In this document: positions 26,651-39,952 of the stretch, piece after piece | How the letters are laid out: each line of letters starts with the position of its first letter | How positions within the stretch are numbered: position 1 is the first letter of the stretch | NCBI RefSeq assembly: GCF_018977255.1 | Contig: NW_024704743.1 | Coordinates: 92,816,001-92,880,000 of the forward strand | Source of the DNA: Callorhinchus milii | Taxonomy: Eukaryota | Direction: 5' to 3' | DNA length: 64,000 bases | Program-made: the position numbers and the translations under genes | Notes under the pieces: model-generated | Told to the model about the DNA's origin: nothing | Databases searched by the model: none | What the model saw: only the letters and a program-made list of their open reading frames with translations

Positions 26651-27164
26651 AGACTTGTGAGTTCCACATCCCGACATGGGGCTTGAACCCACAACCTTCT
26701 CACTCAGAGGTGAAAGTGCTACCAAAAAAAATGGCAACAGAAATGAATCTCAAGACAAAATGCTGAAGCTCTGTAACACTGTCCCTCAATCCCTCCTCCT
26801 TGCCCCCTCTCGCTCCTTTTCAAGTCCCACCTGAAAATCTTCCTTTTCAACCATTCTTAAGGTCACCTCCCCCACCCCCACCACTATATAAAGTGCAAGT
26901 TGTTATAAATTGAAAAGCCCAAATTCCAGGAAATTGTAATACAAACCTCAAATGGAGTTGTGGCTGCAATAGAATGTCTTACCACTTAATGGAGAAATTA
27001 CAATAGTTTCAGTGTTAAAAATAGTTATTGTGTTGTTTTGTAATCGGATGATTTTTATTTTTTGTTGATCTAAAGCAATGTTGTGATGAAAAAGATATTT
27101 CTGAAATAATACAAAAATAGCAAATGCACATACAGCAACAAATTAGCAGTAAGTAGTCTGCAGC

Positions 27165-27270
27165 AACAACAACAACAAGATTTCATTTATAAAGCGCCTT
27201 TCACGTCGGGAGGACGTCCCAAAGCGCTGGACAGTTGGGTCGGGACCCGAACAGGGGGGAAATGGTCAGG
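27165..27270 (-). mobile_element. Very short young L2 3' end
   Basis: (CAA)n followed by aagcgcctttcacgtcgggaggacgtccc...ggaaatggtcagg. Confidence 0.9.
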
Positions 27271-27700
27271 CACTAACACAACCTATTTGAAATCAACCCA
27301 CAGGAAAAAATATACCAAAGTTGAATAACAAAAGGAAAGATTATCCACTGATAAATTATTGCAATTGGAGAATTTGAAGTTTAAAGCAATCCAAATTCAT
27401 TGTGATGCAGAATGTTTACTAACTAAACCAAACAGAATGAACAAGAAAAATGAAAGAAAGGAATGAACAGTGTCAATTGTTTATTCTAACTAGAACCTGA
27501 GTTAATCAGGCTGAGTAAAGAAGTCTTTAATCAAATCAAAATGAGGGAAGCTTTAATCACAGAAAATTACAACACAGAATTCCTCAGTCAAATTGCACCA
27601 TTCCCCAGTCAAAGGACCAAATTCAGGCTGCCTCCCATTTAAGACCGGGACACATGCTGATCTGTAGACATTCTTACCCTAATATAGAACATATGGATAT

Positions 27701-27962
27701 AATAATAATAATAATAATAATAATCCTTGCATTTGATATAGCGCTTTTCACGTCGGGAGGACGTCCCAAAGTACTTCACAGGACACACTGTAAAGTGAAT
27801 TGACTGTATATTTGTGGGCGAACGCGGCAGCCAATTGCGCACAACAATGTCCCACAAACAGTCGTAGATTAAAAATGACCAATTTATTATTGTTTTTTGT
27901 TTTAGAGGGACTATTATTAGGCATGTGGAGTAAGGAAACTTGCCCAAGATTTCGCCCTGCCT
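27701..27962 (-). mobile_element. tRNA-derived SINE (short form), head missing
   Basis: Near identical to 19967-20222. Confidence 0.92.
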
Positions 27963-28464
27963 ATGTGGTTTAAATCTTTCAAGCTTTTAATGATGTGTTA
28001 TTTGCAGATTACATTTTGTATTATATACGTATAATGAAAAAGAAGTAATGTTTTGCAATAATTTTGTGATAGATCACATTATCTGTTTTTTTTTACCTTA
28101 TTCCAGCAGTTCCAACTTGTAACCACAAACATTACTGTTTCCCTACTGCTGGACATTTCAACATGAAATGGTTTACAAAAAATTGGACAAATGCCATAGT
28201 AATATTTGCATACTTTTAAAAATAGCTACTTTTAGGATAGATTTTAGAAGAGAAGGAACATTAAAGGATATTGGAGCAAGTAGATGGATGGGATTATATT
28301 GGGTCGTGTTCAAAAAAGCACCAGTACTGATATGATGAGCCAAATGCCCTGTTTCTGCATTGTCATCTTTTATGATTCTTTGAAACCAACATTTGTGGTT
28401 AAGTTAAAATACATTTCTAAACGATAGTTCTTGCTTTCATGGATAAAGTGAATGAGAGAAAACA

Positions 28465-28698
28465 TTTTTGTTTGGGGCCAGCTGGATGTCTGACACATGT
28501 GAAAAGGTTTTGCACAGTGACTAGTCTGCCCTTCCAATTCCTGCCAATAAGCCATGTTGACTGGTCTGTCATCAATAGTTCCCTGGAGACCTCCCTGGCT
28601 CAGGAACCAGACTACTGTTACGAGGATTCACTCGCTTCTGACATTCTGTTGCCAAATTTGTCATCTTGGAGCCAGCGTTGCTCCAAGGATACTCCACT
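28465..28698 (-). repeat. Unclassified structured element, copy 2 (both ends kept, middle deleted)
   Basis: gtctgacacatg, cagtgactagtctgcc, ctggctcaggaaccagactac, ttctgacatt and gctccaaggatactccact all match 39953-40544. Confidence 0.85.
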
Positions 28699-28973
28699 TA
28701 CCTTTCACCCGCCCCCCCACCCCTTTCCTCCTTCCATCCCTTTCCCTGAAAAAAATAATTTGCAAGAAAATGGGTTCATTGGGAACTAAATACGTCACTT
28801 CCCATTCTAGGGCTGTACCTATTGTATTTTAAAACACAACTGAAATTATCACATGTGGACTTGTACTCTGTTGAAATTCTGTTATACAAACTTAATTGTA
28901 AAAGGTTTTGCATGTTGGTGGGGTAAATGCTTTAGTATCAATATATCAATGCAGAGAAATTGTAGTTTGAGTT

Positions 28974-29305
28974 ATCAGTCTGACATTTTCGCCTTTGAGT
29001 CAATATAGTTAAGAGTTAAAACCTCACATTGAAACTTTAAAGTCAGTCTAGGCTCACACTCTAATACAGTGACCCATTGCTGGAGGTAAAATCTTTCAGA
29101 TGAAATGTTTAACCAAGGTCCCGTCTATCTATTCAGATAGACATTAAACATTCCTATTTGAAAAGAGAAAGCAGTTTTTCGCATTATGCAGGCCAACAAT
29201 CCCCTAGATAAAATTGATCATTCATTACACTGCTGTTTGTGGGATATTGGTTCATATAAATTGTTTCCTGTGTTCACCTACAAAGTGCGCAGTCACTCTG
29301 CATTG
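28974..29305 (+). mobile_element. Degraded Deu-domain SINE
   Basis: ctttcagatgaaatgtttaaccaaggtcccgtct core. Confidence 0.7.
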
Positions 29306-31751
29306 TGCCTCCTACAAAACAATGATATGAAACTGTGCAGGAGCTGAAGCAAGCTGTCACAGATGTATTTTGTCTCGTCACTCCATCATGTTATGAAAAA
29401 TGTCACACTGAACATGATGATAGATCATTATCTGCCATGAAAATGAAGGCACTCACACCGATCCTCTGGACATCTAAATACAGTTAAACACTTGTACTGA
29501 ATATAACTAAGTATTTGTAAATACAATTATTATCATTCTCCACATGCTTCAGTTGTTGGTCAATGTACTGTAGAAAAAAATAGGAGTAATGGGACGTTGT
29601 GAACACCCAGTACTTTGTAGTAACTATTGCGAAGCTTTGAAACATCATTCTGATGTGAAAGGAGCTATATTAAATTCAAGAATTATTTTTATTATTAATA
29701 ATAATCTGTCAGGATTTTAATGTTTCAAAGTGCAAACATAAGGTAGAAAACTACCATAGAGGAGAAGAATGTTTTTGGGCCAAATTGAGATCTGTGAATG
29801 GATTATTAGATAGCGAATCCAGAGGTCAACACTTTGGAACTTAGACAGCAACAACAGTTTTGACTTCTGAAGTCAGCATCCGAGTTAAGTTTGAGAGGGT
29901 CAATCATGAAACTCACCATTTATATTTATTTTGCGAATCTCATAAATTGGATTCCAGTTTTGTTCTTTTGACATACTGTCAAACTTACTGTCTACAGACC
30001 CTAACTGAGAGGACAATAAGATGGCAACAGTTCTTTTCTCAAAATTTCAATCATTCTTCATCGAAGTATCCAGTAAAGTGCACGCCTGTAAAGTGCAATA
30101 TGAACACCCCACTCCCCCGACAACTTTCTTTCCCTCCAAACTGTCACTTCTTAATTATCTGATCAGTCTCACATGTGAAAATAGAAATCAAGATTCATAT
30201 GTGGCTGATGCACATCTTCTAATTGAACGTTTCAGGGAGTGTATTTTTTTTCAGTTAATTAATTAGGCGATACATTTGCATTTTATGCTGTTGTGAAATA
30301 TATTTTCAGGAAAGAAATTTAACTTATTCTCTTGAAAAAAGTTTTACTTTATACTGTATTTAGCATCTGCATCAGATCCTCTGTAGAAGCAATGCACTGA
30401 ATGGAACACACAGCATCTTAATGAGCTACTTAAGCAATAATGGGTTTCTAGAAAAACAGTGGACTATAATTGAGGATTGGCAGCTTTAATGAAGAACAAG
30501 ACAACTAAGTCAAATTCTTCAATCAAGCTGTCTATTTTGAGCAATACCTTGCTGAATGAACACATGCCTGTTATTGCTACTCAATTATACATTCATGAAA
30601 AATGGCCAAATACTGATTTTCTGCTTTTTATTTGTAATGTAATAATTTGTTTCCCTGTTTCTTTTTGACTTTTGAGAGCTTCTACTTGTATCTGAGAACA
30701 GCTGTGGTAAGAAAATTGAGTATGCTATTAGTTCCAAAATACAGTCTGGTCTGAAATTGTATTTTGTATTTACTGTGTAGCAAATTTGCTATTGCATTGA
30801 CCACAACTTGTAATTTTGTTTTGCTTTCTCCCAGTGTTTGTCACGTTGAAAGATTTCAGTGAAAGCTTAAATCCATCAATATTCATGCTGCACTTTTCTT
30901 TATTTTTTAAGCTAAACTTTGATCCAACATAATAGTTCCCATTGCTATCAATTTCTCTTAGTTGTCTTTTTGACATAATAGTAGCTCATATTTAAATTTG
31001 GAAAGTTCTGTTTTCTGTTTTAATCTTGGTTTTGTAAATTATTTCAATATAATCATGTTGTTTTGCCACAAAATGCACAGTCAATCCATTTTACAATGTA
31101 TTCTGTGAAGTGCTTTGAGATGTCTTTCGACGTGATGAAGCCTATATCAAATACAAGAATTATTATTATTATTGTATCTTCTCAATCCAGAGTAAGGAGT
31201 ATGTCCAGGGAAGTTGAACAACAATCCTCCAGATAAATTAATCATTCACTTCATGGGTGGCTGTGGGACCCTGCTGTGCGCAAAGTGACTGCTGTATTTG
31301 TCTACAGAAAAAGTCACTACACTTGACAGTAATTGCTGTAAAGCACTTTGAGATGTTTCAATATAATGAAGAGCTATAAAAATGCAAGTTCTATCTTTCT
31401 GTTTTCTGTACGGGGTCAGGTCATTGAGTACATTCTCTAGACATCTCACAGTCATTATCTCTTCTGAAAGGGTAGGCTCCAGACAACTCACTAACTAAGT
31501 CTTGCAGTATAATCATGACATTAACTCATGTTTTCCATTGTCAATGTTTTTGTGTAAGGGTTACCCAAATTAAGTTTTTGCCTGCAAAAGCAATCACTAC
31601 ACATTGACATGTTTCAATGTCATAGGCATCACATCAAATACAACAATTATTATTTCTTACTTTGGAACAAGAGTGGGTCAATAAAACTGCTGAGCACGTT
31701 TTGTCATTTCAGTCTATCTCTCCTGACAACTATTCTTTGCCTGACATGAAG

Positions 31752-32005
31752 TCCTTTAGCCTAGTTGTAAGAGCACTTGCCTCGCAAGCGGATGTTAGTC
31801 GATTGGTGGTTCGTTTTTCCTTCAAAAAGCAAAACAATTTGGATACTTAATCCACGACTATTTGTGGGACACTGATGTGTGCAATTGGCTGCGGCGTTTT
31901 GCAGACAAAACATACAGCTAATTCACTTTACAGTATATTCTGTGAAGCGCTTTGAGACGTCTAGAAGAAGTGATAAGGCCCTATATCAAATGCAAGGATT
32001 ATTAA
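31752..32005 (+). mobile_element. tRNA-derived SINE, internally deleted
   Basis: Degraded head plus tail aagcgctttgagacgtctagaagaagtgataaggccctatatcaaatgcaaggattatt. Confidence 0.8.
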
Positions 32006-32269
32006 TATTCTTTATTATCATTTACCTTTCATAGATATGTATGACACAGAAGGAGACCATTCAGCCAAACTTTTCACATTTACTCTGATAGATAAGATTG
32101 GTCATTCATCTTGGTGGTTGTTGGACATCGTTGTGCACAAATTGGCTGCTTGAGTTCACTCGCAAAAATACAGTTACACGGTGAAATTGAGATATCAACC
32201 CCTCAAAAAGAGGGATTATGTTTGCTTCAGTCAATCTTGATCAAACAACATGGAAAGTTCAACTTGTGG

Positions 32270-32650
32270 AGTCCTATAGCTTGGTGGTTAGAGCACTCGC
32301 CATGCATGCAAGAGGACCTGGGTTCGATTCCTGGGCAGGGCGAGACATTGGGCATGTTTCCTTACTCCACATGCCTCTATTTACCTAGCAATAAGTAGGA
32401 ATCTGGTTGTTAGTCAAATGGCAGATTGCTTTTCCGGGGTTAATAATCCCTTCAAAAATAAATACATTTTAGAAATAAATAATTTGGTTACTTAATCTAC
32501 GACTGTTTGTAGGACACTGCTGTGCACAATTGGCTACTGCGTTTTGTCCACAAAACGTAAAGTCATTTAACTTTACAGTATATTCTGTGAAGTGCTTTGC
32601 AATGTCTGGAAGACATGCTAAGGTGCTATATCAAATCTAGATCTAGAATT
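32270..32650 (+). mobile_element. tRNA-derived SINE (long form), full length
   Basis: A box tagcttggtggttagagc, B box gggttcgattcc, then body and L2-type tail. Confidence 0.9.
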
Positions 32651-32751
32651 ATGTTGGACAGAATTCTAAATCAAAATTTTATCTCAATGGGGATAGAATA
32701 ATTGTTATTGTTTTACTTTTAATGGAGTGTCTTTACAGTGGAGAACATAAT

Positions 32752-32955
32752 AGTAATTATAATTCTTGCATTTGATATAATGCTTTTCACGTCTTCTAGA
32801 TATCTCAAAGCGCTTCACAGAATATACTGTAAAGTGAATTGACTATATATTTGTGGGCGAAATGCGGCAGCCAATTGCACACAGCAGTGTCCCACAAACA
32901 GTCGTGGATTGAAGTGACCAATTTATTATTGTTTTTTTTCTTGAGGGATTATTAT
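32752..32955 (-). mobile_element. tRNA-derived SINE 3' half
   Basis: Reverse complement of the 3' half of the neighbouring copy. Confidence 0.88.
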
Positions 32956-34240
32956 CAACATATAATAGAACTTCCTGTGATATGATATCAGTGATTATTA
33001 TACATTAATATTTCCTGCATTAAGTTCATTGTTTTGCTTAACTCATGCAGGTAGCATAATTGTGTGATATGATGGTATTTATAGGTTCATCTCGACTGAG
33101 ATACAATAAAAACTTTGGAGGCTTTCCACTCCTGAGTCTTAATGTGTACTATTCCAGATGTGTACTCTGATGTGCTGGATGGACTTTTCTCCATGAAGAA
33201 ACAAGGCTGATTAGGAACTGAGCAAGAGGCAGCTCACCGTTCACCTCCCAACATGAAAGGTGCTATATAAATGTAATTTGTTGCTCTTGTTGTTAATGTC
33301 TCTCATGGCAAATGAATGTAGCGATTATCGCAATTTGACATGCATTTAGTTAAAAACTGGATATTTCAAGAATCAAGTTTTTTGATGTGTGATAGTTCAA
33401 CTTCACATGAAGGCAGCTAATTTGCAACTAAATATAGATTGATTCATAACTGTATTGCTTCCTATTGTCAGCTAATTTTGAGAGACCGCACTAAACACTT
33501 TGTTTTATATCTGGTAAAAATAGTACAAGTTAATTACAAGCTCTTCCCATGTCAAAAAGTTTCATATCATTAATTTAAAACAGCTAAGTGTAGAAACAGT
33601 CTTGCTTTGTCCTTATCACAGCAAACTTATTCATTTTTAGAAATATATAAGAATGAGAAGTAAATTCATGGATCATAGAAACTCTCATGATTTCTATATA
33701 TTTATCTGATTTCAGCTTTTTGAACTGCCCTCTGAGTCCTGATTATTTCAAAGAGGGCTTCTGAATTCAACTGGACCAAGGATCGCTGTTCTCGAGTGCA
33801 TCTTTCTCATAGGTGCAATCAACAAGCCCAGAGGGATTGGAACAGACAGCTCACCAACTGGGATTTTGTTTCTTGGTCTCGTTTTTATGAGGGAAAATAC
33901 CTGTGTTTTCCAATTAGTTTTGATTAATTGATAATAATCCTTGCATTTGATATAGGACCTTATCACATTGTCTCAAAGCGCTTCACAGAATATACTGTAA
34001 AGTGAATTAACTGTATATTTTGTGTGCAAAACGTGGCAGCCAATTACTCATAACAGTAAGAAAAGAAAGTGATAGAAAACTAAACTGATAACTAAAAGTT
34101 ATCAGTATCATAATGTGGTTTCAATAGAAAGTTTGACTTGGAAGAAGCAGAATTTCTCTCTCTCTCTCAGGTGAGTCTCTATTAAATGCATTCCCAGATC
34201 AGCTTTGCATCTGTAATCTCCACTCATATTCTTTGAATGT

Positions 34241-34789
34241 ATAATCCTTGCATTTGATTTAGTACCTTTCATATCGGTACAATATCTCAAAGCCTTCACA
34301 GGATATTCTGTAAAGTGCCTGACTGTGTAGTTGTAGAAGAAGGTGCAATCAATTTTCTACAAAGCATTGTTCCACAAACAGCCATGAAGTGAATGACCAA
34401 TATTATTTAAGGTATTGTTGGCCAGGGAACCATATTCTCTTTTTCAATAGTGGCAAGGGATCTTTAAAGCCCACCTGAACAGAGAGAATCTCAGTTAAAC
34501 ATCTCATCTGAAGAATGGCACTTCTGACAATGCAGAACAGTACTCGAATGTCAATGAATCATTCACAGTTGGGAATCATATGGGCTCTTGGACCTGAAAA
34601 GACCAGTTACAAATTAAGGGGTAACACTGGACCTTTGAATGCCAGGACGGCACCTTCAATAATGAAGTGCATCCGCAGCACTGTATTGGAGTGCCAGCCT
34701 AGAATGTGAGTTCAAAGTCTCGATGTGGAGCTTGAACTAACAACCTTCTGCCTTAGTGATGAGAATGATACCATCTGAGCCAGGCTGAC
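34241..34789 (-). mobile_element. Deu-domain SINE, near full length, with an internal insertion
   Basis: Tail at left, Deu core, head ...ctgagccaggctgac at right. Confidence 0.8.
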
Positions 34790-35081
34790 GCACAAAGTAC
34801 AGATATGTTCAGGCATAACCATGATGCCAAAAATAGTGGGAACAACAACAGATTGATCGATAATCAAATGTGTTATGAAATGTTGCATTTTCCACCTCTT
34901 TTTATTACAGCATTATGGGATCCTTCAGAAGAGATTCTACATTCAGTTGGTAGTTAAATTGTGCAACTATTGGGTCCAAATTGCAATATCCCTGTTACTG
35001 TTAAGTGGGGTGATTGTTCTTTGTAGACATTTGAGACCTTAAAACAGACTGCCTATTGCCACAGTTTGTCCATGGATAAGA

Positions 35082-35355
35082 TTTTTTTCTGGTGAGCTGG
35101 GTATCTGATATATACAGAAATCCGTCACCCGCTTAAGAGTATGCCACTTACACATGAAAATGTGCCCGTGACTGGAATGAAATGCACACTCTCTCCCAGG
35201 AGGGATCTATCCTGGTTTCCAAATTCTGAAAAGTATTTGGCACAGGATGGTGAGAGCCAGACTTAGGGACCCCAGAATGTGTGGTGGGTACCCCGGGAGT
35301 TTAACCAGCTTAGGTTTAACTACATAACTTGTCATTGTGAGCACTGTCTGGTGAG
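35082..35355 (-). repeat. Unclassified structured element, copy 3 (5'-truncated)
   Basis: gaaatgcacactctctccc, aattctgaaaagtatt, gggaccccagaatg and taaccagct match copy 4. Confidence 0.85.
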
Positions 35356-37624
35356 AAAATAGTGGAATTGGATACTTAGGGAATAAAGCATAATAAAGCA
35401 GGTATTTAAAATTTTCTTTTCTCATCAACAACAATGGTAATGTGACTGTGCATGAAGAACACAATCTTAGTAAGGATGCTTTGTGCCATTTTATGGCTTC
35501 CATTATTTACTAAAGGAAGCCTGGGCATTGATAAACTATAATGAAATGTTTTCCATTTCTCACCTGAATCCCAATTACAGTCAGAAGAGTGCAGATGAAC
35601 ATTACATTAGTGGCCCACAGCAAAGTGCTAACATTTTAAGGTGCTTGCTTGAAATGTGGTGAGAATTAAAACAAATCTAAATGAATATTTCTCAAAGATT
35701 GAAATGACAGGCTTGTGACTGGAAAGGAAAAGTTGTTACTTTATTTTCTTTTAAAACCATTGCAAATGATCTTTTTTGTGTTGAATTATGGTGACGAGCC
35801 TATTTTATTTTAACACAAGTTTGCTGTCAATACAGTGCAGAGGTATATTTGGCATAAATATCTGTGTTGCTCAGGAATAATAAGGCCTGACCTGTTTTCC
35901 TGACATGAAACATGATGGTGGCATATGGAGCCTGTTTATAGGTTCACTATATTATATAGACAGCAGATATAACCTGTAAAGGTAATCATGGAAACTTAAT
36001 AAAGCTCCATTTATACAGTGAAATATAATTTGACTGTACCCTACGGTATCTGAAATAATTAACAAAGTAACACCTCCAGCGTCTGAATACTAATTCCAAT
36101 TTGCATTTTAACAACATGCTGTCTACTCACTTTATAATTGTGCCCATGACATTAATATTTCTTTACTTTACTCAATAAACACAGGGCAGTTAATAAAGAG
36201 TTACTCTTCTCCTTAGTATCTAAAAAGCCATCAGTGTAAACAAATTCACATTCCTCATATGCGATCTTACACATAACCTACCTCTTGCAAATGTTCCTAG
36301 GACAAGAGATAAGTAAATACACATCTGAATTATTTTCATTGCTTTAATTTGGAAATTGCCTGCACTGTATGAATCGGACAGATAACTTGCTCATACATTC
36401 CTTAATGATTCTCTAACTTCAGAAAAGCAAAAAGTATATCATTTTGCCAGTTGGATCAATAAAGAAAGAAAATGCAGCAATTGGGGAGTCCTAAAAAGAG
36501 CTGGAAATCTCTATATGCATCATCTAGAGTTGGACAAGTTGAACAGTGATAAATGTATAATTAATCTCAAAGTAATAGTACGTATTGTTTTCGATTTCTA
36601 CACAATGAGAGTGAATATCAAATTTATCATTGCCAAGATTAATTAAATCCACAAACAGTGCTTTGCTCTGGCTTTATAAAGGGGAGAATGGGAATACATC
36701 ATGGAGAAAAATTCTATTGCATTGGTTGGAAAGTGGCTACAGCAAAGAATATCGCATGATTTAAACATGCTAAATAATCACCAAATTTAGACTGGAGTTT
36801 TTTTTGAGAGAAATAAAAATATGCTAGTGTTATTCATACACTAACTAGACCTCATTAATGGGTTAGGTGGGAGACCATGTAAAGTTACTCTGTGATTTCC
36901 GGTGCTTAATTTGCAGCTGCTGCAGCCTGGTGTTAAGATGCCACAAGATAATCTGCAATGAATCTTATGTGACAAAGATCTGTTTCACAAGGGAAGATGT
37001 CCCTTTAAGAAGTAAATTCTATTTTTGTACATTCCAATGTTTTCCGGTGTCTCCCAATGTATACAGCTAAAGGGCATCTTCGTGTATCAGTGAAGTACAG
37101 GTATACTTTGGAGAAGGTGACTTGAGAGCACAACATGCTCTTTTTTAAGTCTATGAAAGTACAGCTCATATTCAGGAGGAATATATAGTGTCACACACAT
37201 TGTTAGACAAGCTTTAGTTAGAGGAATATAATGGAGACCTTGGATAAAGTAAGAAGGGAACGAGGCAAAGACAGAATAAAACATTTGTTCGAATAGCAGC
37301 TGGCAAGAGAAAATAGCTCAGAGAAGCAGAACAGGCTTTACAGCTCATTTTTATGGATACATAATGACACAGTAATAATAATCATCCTTGCATTTGATAT
37401 AACGCCGGATAACATGATCAAAATGTTTCAAAGTGCTTCACAGAATTTACTGTAAAGCTTAGTGTCTGTACTTGCAGCAAACTTGTCAGCCAATTTGTGC
37501 ACACCAACATCCTACAAACAGATATCTGGAGTAGACAGCTATTCTATTTGTTCTACCCATCATAACCCACTGTTAATGGCCTCATAATCAAGCTTTCCTT
37601 ACCTTGCACATGCCCAACCAGTAA

Positions 37625-37810
37625 AGAGTACTGAATAAGGACCAGAAACAGGAAACCCAGCTGACTTTAACCTCCCTAAACCCAGGCCTACAAGGGGCAA
37701 TTTATCCTCCCCATGCTGCCTCAACTTAGATCATCAAACTCAGCATGAACTGAAATTCAAAACAATGAGTCCTGGGTCTGTAAAATGCTGTTGTATCCAG
37801 TACACCATTA
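37625..37810 (-). mobile_element. Old SINE fragment, possibly UCON3-like
   Basis: Minus strand tgctgagtttgatgatct..ggcagcatgggga..ctgggtttagggagg..tcagctgggtttcctg resembles a chondrichthyan SINE as I recall it; the family name is tentative. Confidence 0.45.
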
Positions 37811-39952
37811 AGGCAGTCTCTAATTTTTATTTCCATTATGTATGCTTGTTATGTTTATTACTAGTCGAGTTTTATTCATGTTAGCAGGACCAATCAAAAC
37901 AAGTTACTGTAAAGTTTCTTTCCTTTGAGTGTTGCTGTAATAAAATCAAATTTGACCCAATGTAACTGTGTGTTACTTTTTTAATATAGTTTTGACTGTT
38001 GTTCAGCAGCATCTTCACAGAGTGTGGCAAGGTGGGTGGGGTTTTGTAATGCAGGATGCTAGATGAAGGGATCTGATGTGTGGAAGCTTCCCCTTAACAG
38101 TGCATAGCCATCCATAAACAAATAAGATGTGATTCCCCTGTGGTGAAGTTGCTCATTCTGCTCTCCAGTCTTGGTGGCCACCCCCTTTTTTGTGGTTGCT
38201 ATGGCACAGAGTATCTTTGAGCTGCCGAAGTACCCTGTTAGTGAGCCCTTTGTCTACCATGCTCTGATTTGCTGCATGGTGTTTTTTGAACTGGTTGTTT
38301 CATCAGAATTTCACTGTACAATTCATTCAGTGCAAAAACAAATCTTAAAAGGTCATTTTCTCCAGAACAATTTCACAACAAAATGTAATTTGCAGAATAT
38401 ATTTACAATACAGAAAAGCATTTGATCCAAGATGCAACATCATTGCAAAGACAATCGTCGTGCTATAAAACACATACTTGAAGCAAGCATAAGATTCCAA
38501 TACATCAAACCACATCCCATTTATCCCACTTGCACAAAGCCAATACCACCTTTTAAAGTTTCGAAACAGCAATGCAATATTCTTTATGTATACTATTTAA
38601 TCATAAACTTTATATATACCCCACCCATGCCATGTTTCACCACATTTTAGAGTGTTGGGTATAATTAGGGGCGTTTTGTAACCGATTTAAACTAGAAATC
38701 ATACCAGACTCAGTAACCCTAAAACTAAACCTTACTGTTTGTGGGACTCTGCTGTGAGCAATTGGTTGCCGTGTTTCGCCTACAAAACGCACAGTTACTC
38801 CATTTTACAATATATTCTGTGAAGCACTTTGAGACATCTCAACAACATGATAAAGCCCTATATGAAATGCAAGGAATATTATTATTATTAACTCATTCAT
38901 AAACATGTTTTTCATAACTCTTGAGCATGTGCACTTTTATCCTACAGCCTCAGAAAAAAACAAGGCTTATCCCTCTAGATAAAATTAACATGTATCCCCC
39001 CAACAATGCTAAAGTTAGAGAAATCAAAAACATAATTGCAGAGAAATCCAAAATTGCTGTATGGAAGAGAGCAAACGCTCCATTTGCTCTGGTGCCAGAC
39101 GTGCAATCATGTTGGCACAAATAATGTTTGCATTGCTACAGCAAGCAGACAAATATTGCTCATAGCAGCTGCCAACATTAGAGCTTAAATAAACAGAAAA
39201 GAGGGGTCTTGTTGAATCAATGCTCTGTTGCCAGGCTGCAAAAAAACACTCTTACCATTGCGACTATGATTTAACTTGGATGGTTGCCAGCAATCACCAT
39301 TGAACTGAAATGTGTGAACACAAAACACTAGAGTTTGAAACAGCGTTAATTATTTTAATTCCAATTAAACAAAATGCATTCAGATTTAATTTGCAGTACG
39401 TGATCCTTTGCAGCTTAAACATGCAAAGCAGTTTCTGACGACAAATAAAAATGTAATTGAAAAGGAGAATTCACTGCCACACACTTTGAAAATCTTCTGA
39501 AACAAGAATCAGGTAAAAGGATTAGAGATTGTCAAACTTGTGCAAAAATGGGGAATGGAATACAATGTGGAATTATAAAATAATTAGTCTTATCTCAGCT
39601 GTAGATAAATTTTGGAGACAATCAAATGGGATGGAATTTAGAAAGACTGGGATTGATCCGCGAGAGTTAGCATGGAATTCTAAAAGGCAAGTGTTATCTC
39701 AATTGTACTAAATTGACTCAATTGTGCTTTTTGAGGAAGTAGATCAAGGAAATGCAGTTAATTTCCATATGCATTTTCACAAAATGGTTGATAAGGTTCC
39801 TTAGAAAAAACAAGTGCGAAAATTAAAGCTTATATTGATATCACTGAAGGTGGTGAGAGTAAGGATAAAAAAAATGTTTCTCAGATTAGCTGGATATAGA
39901 TCGTAAAATCCTAGGGGAGACCTGTGCTGTGATAGATAGTTCTCCCTCTAGA

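Larger units (their letters stand above)
25111..26724 (-). mobile_element. Deu-domain SINE split in three (25111-25432, 25761-25812, 26652-26724) by a SINE and an L2
   Basis: The three pieces join collinearly into one tail-core-head element on the - strand. Confidence 0.8.
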
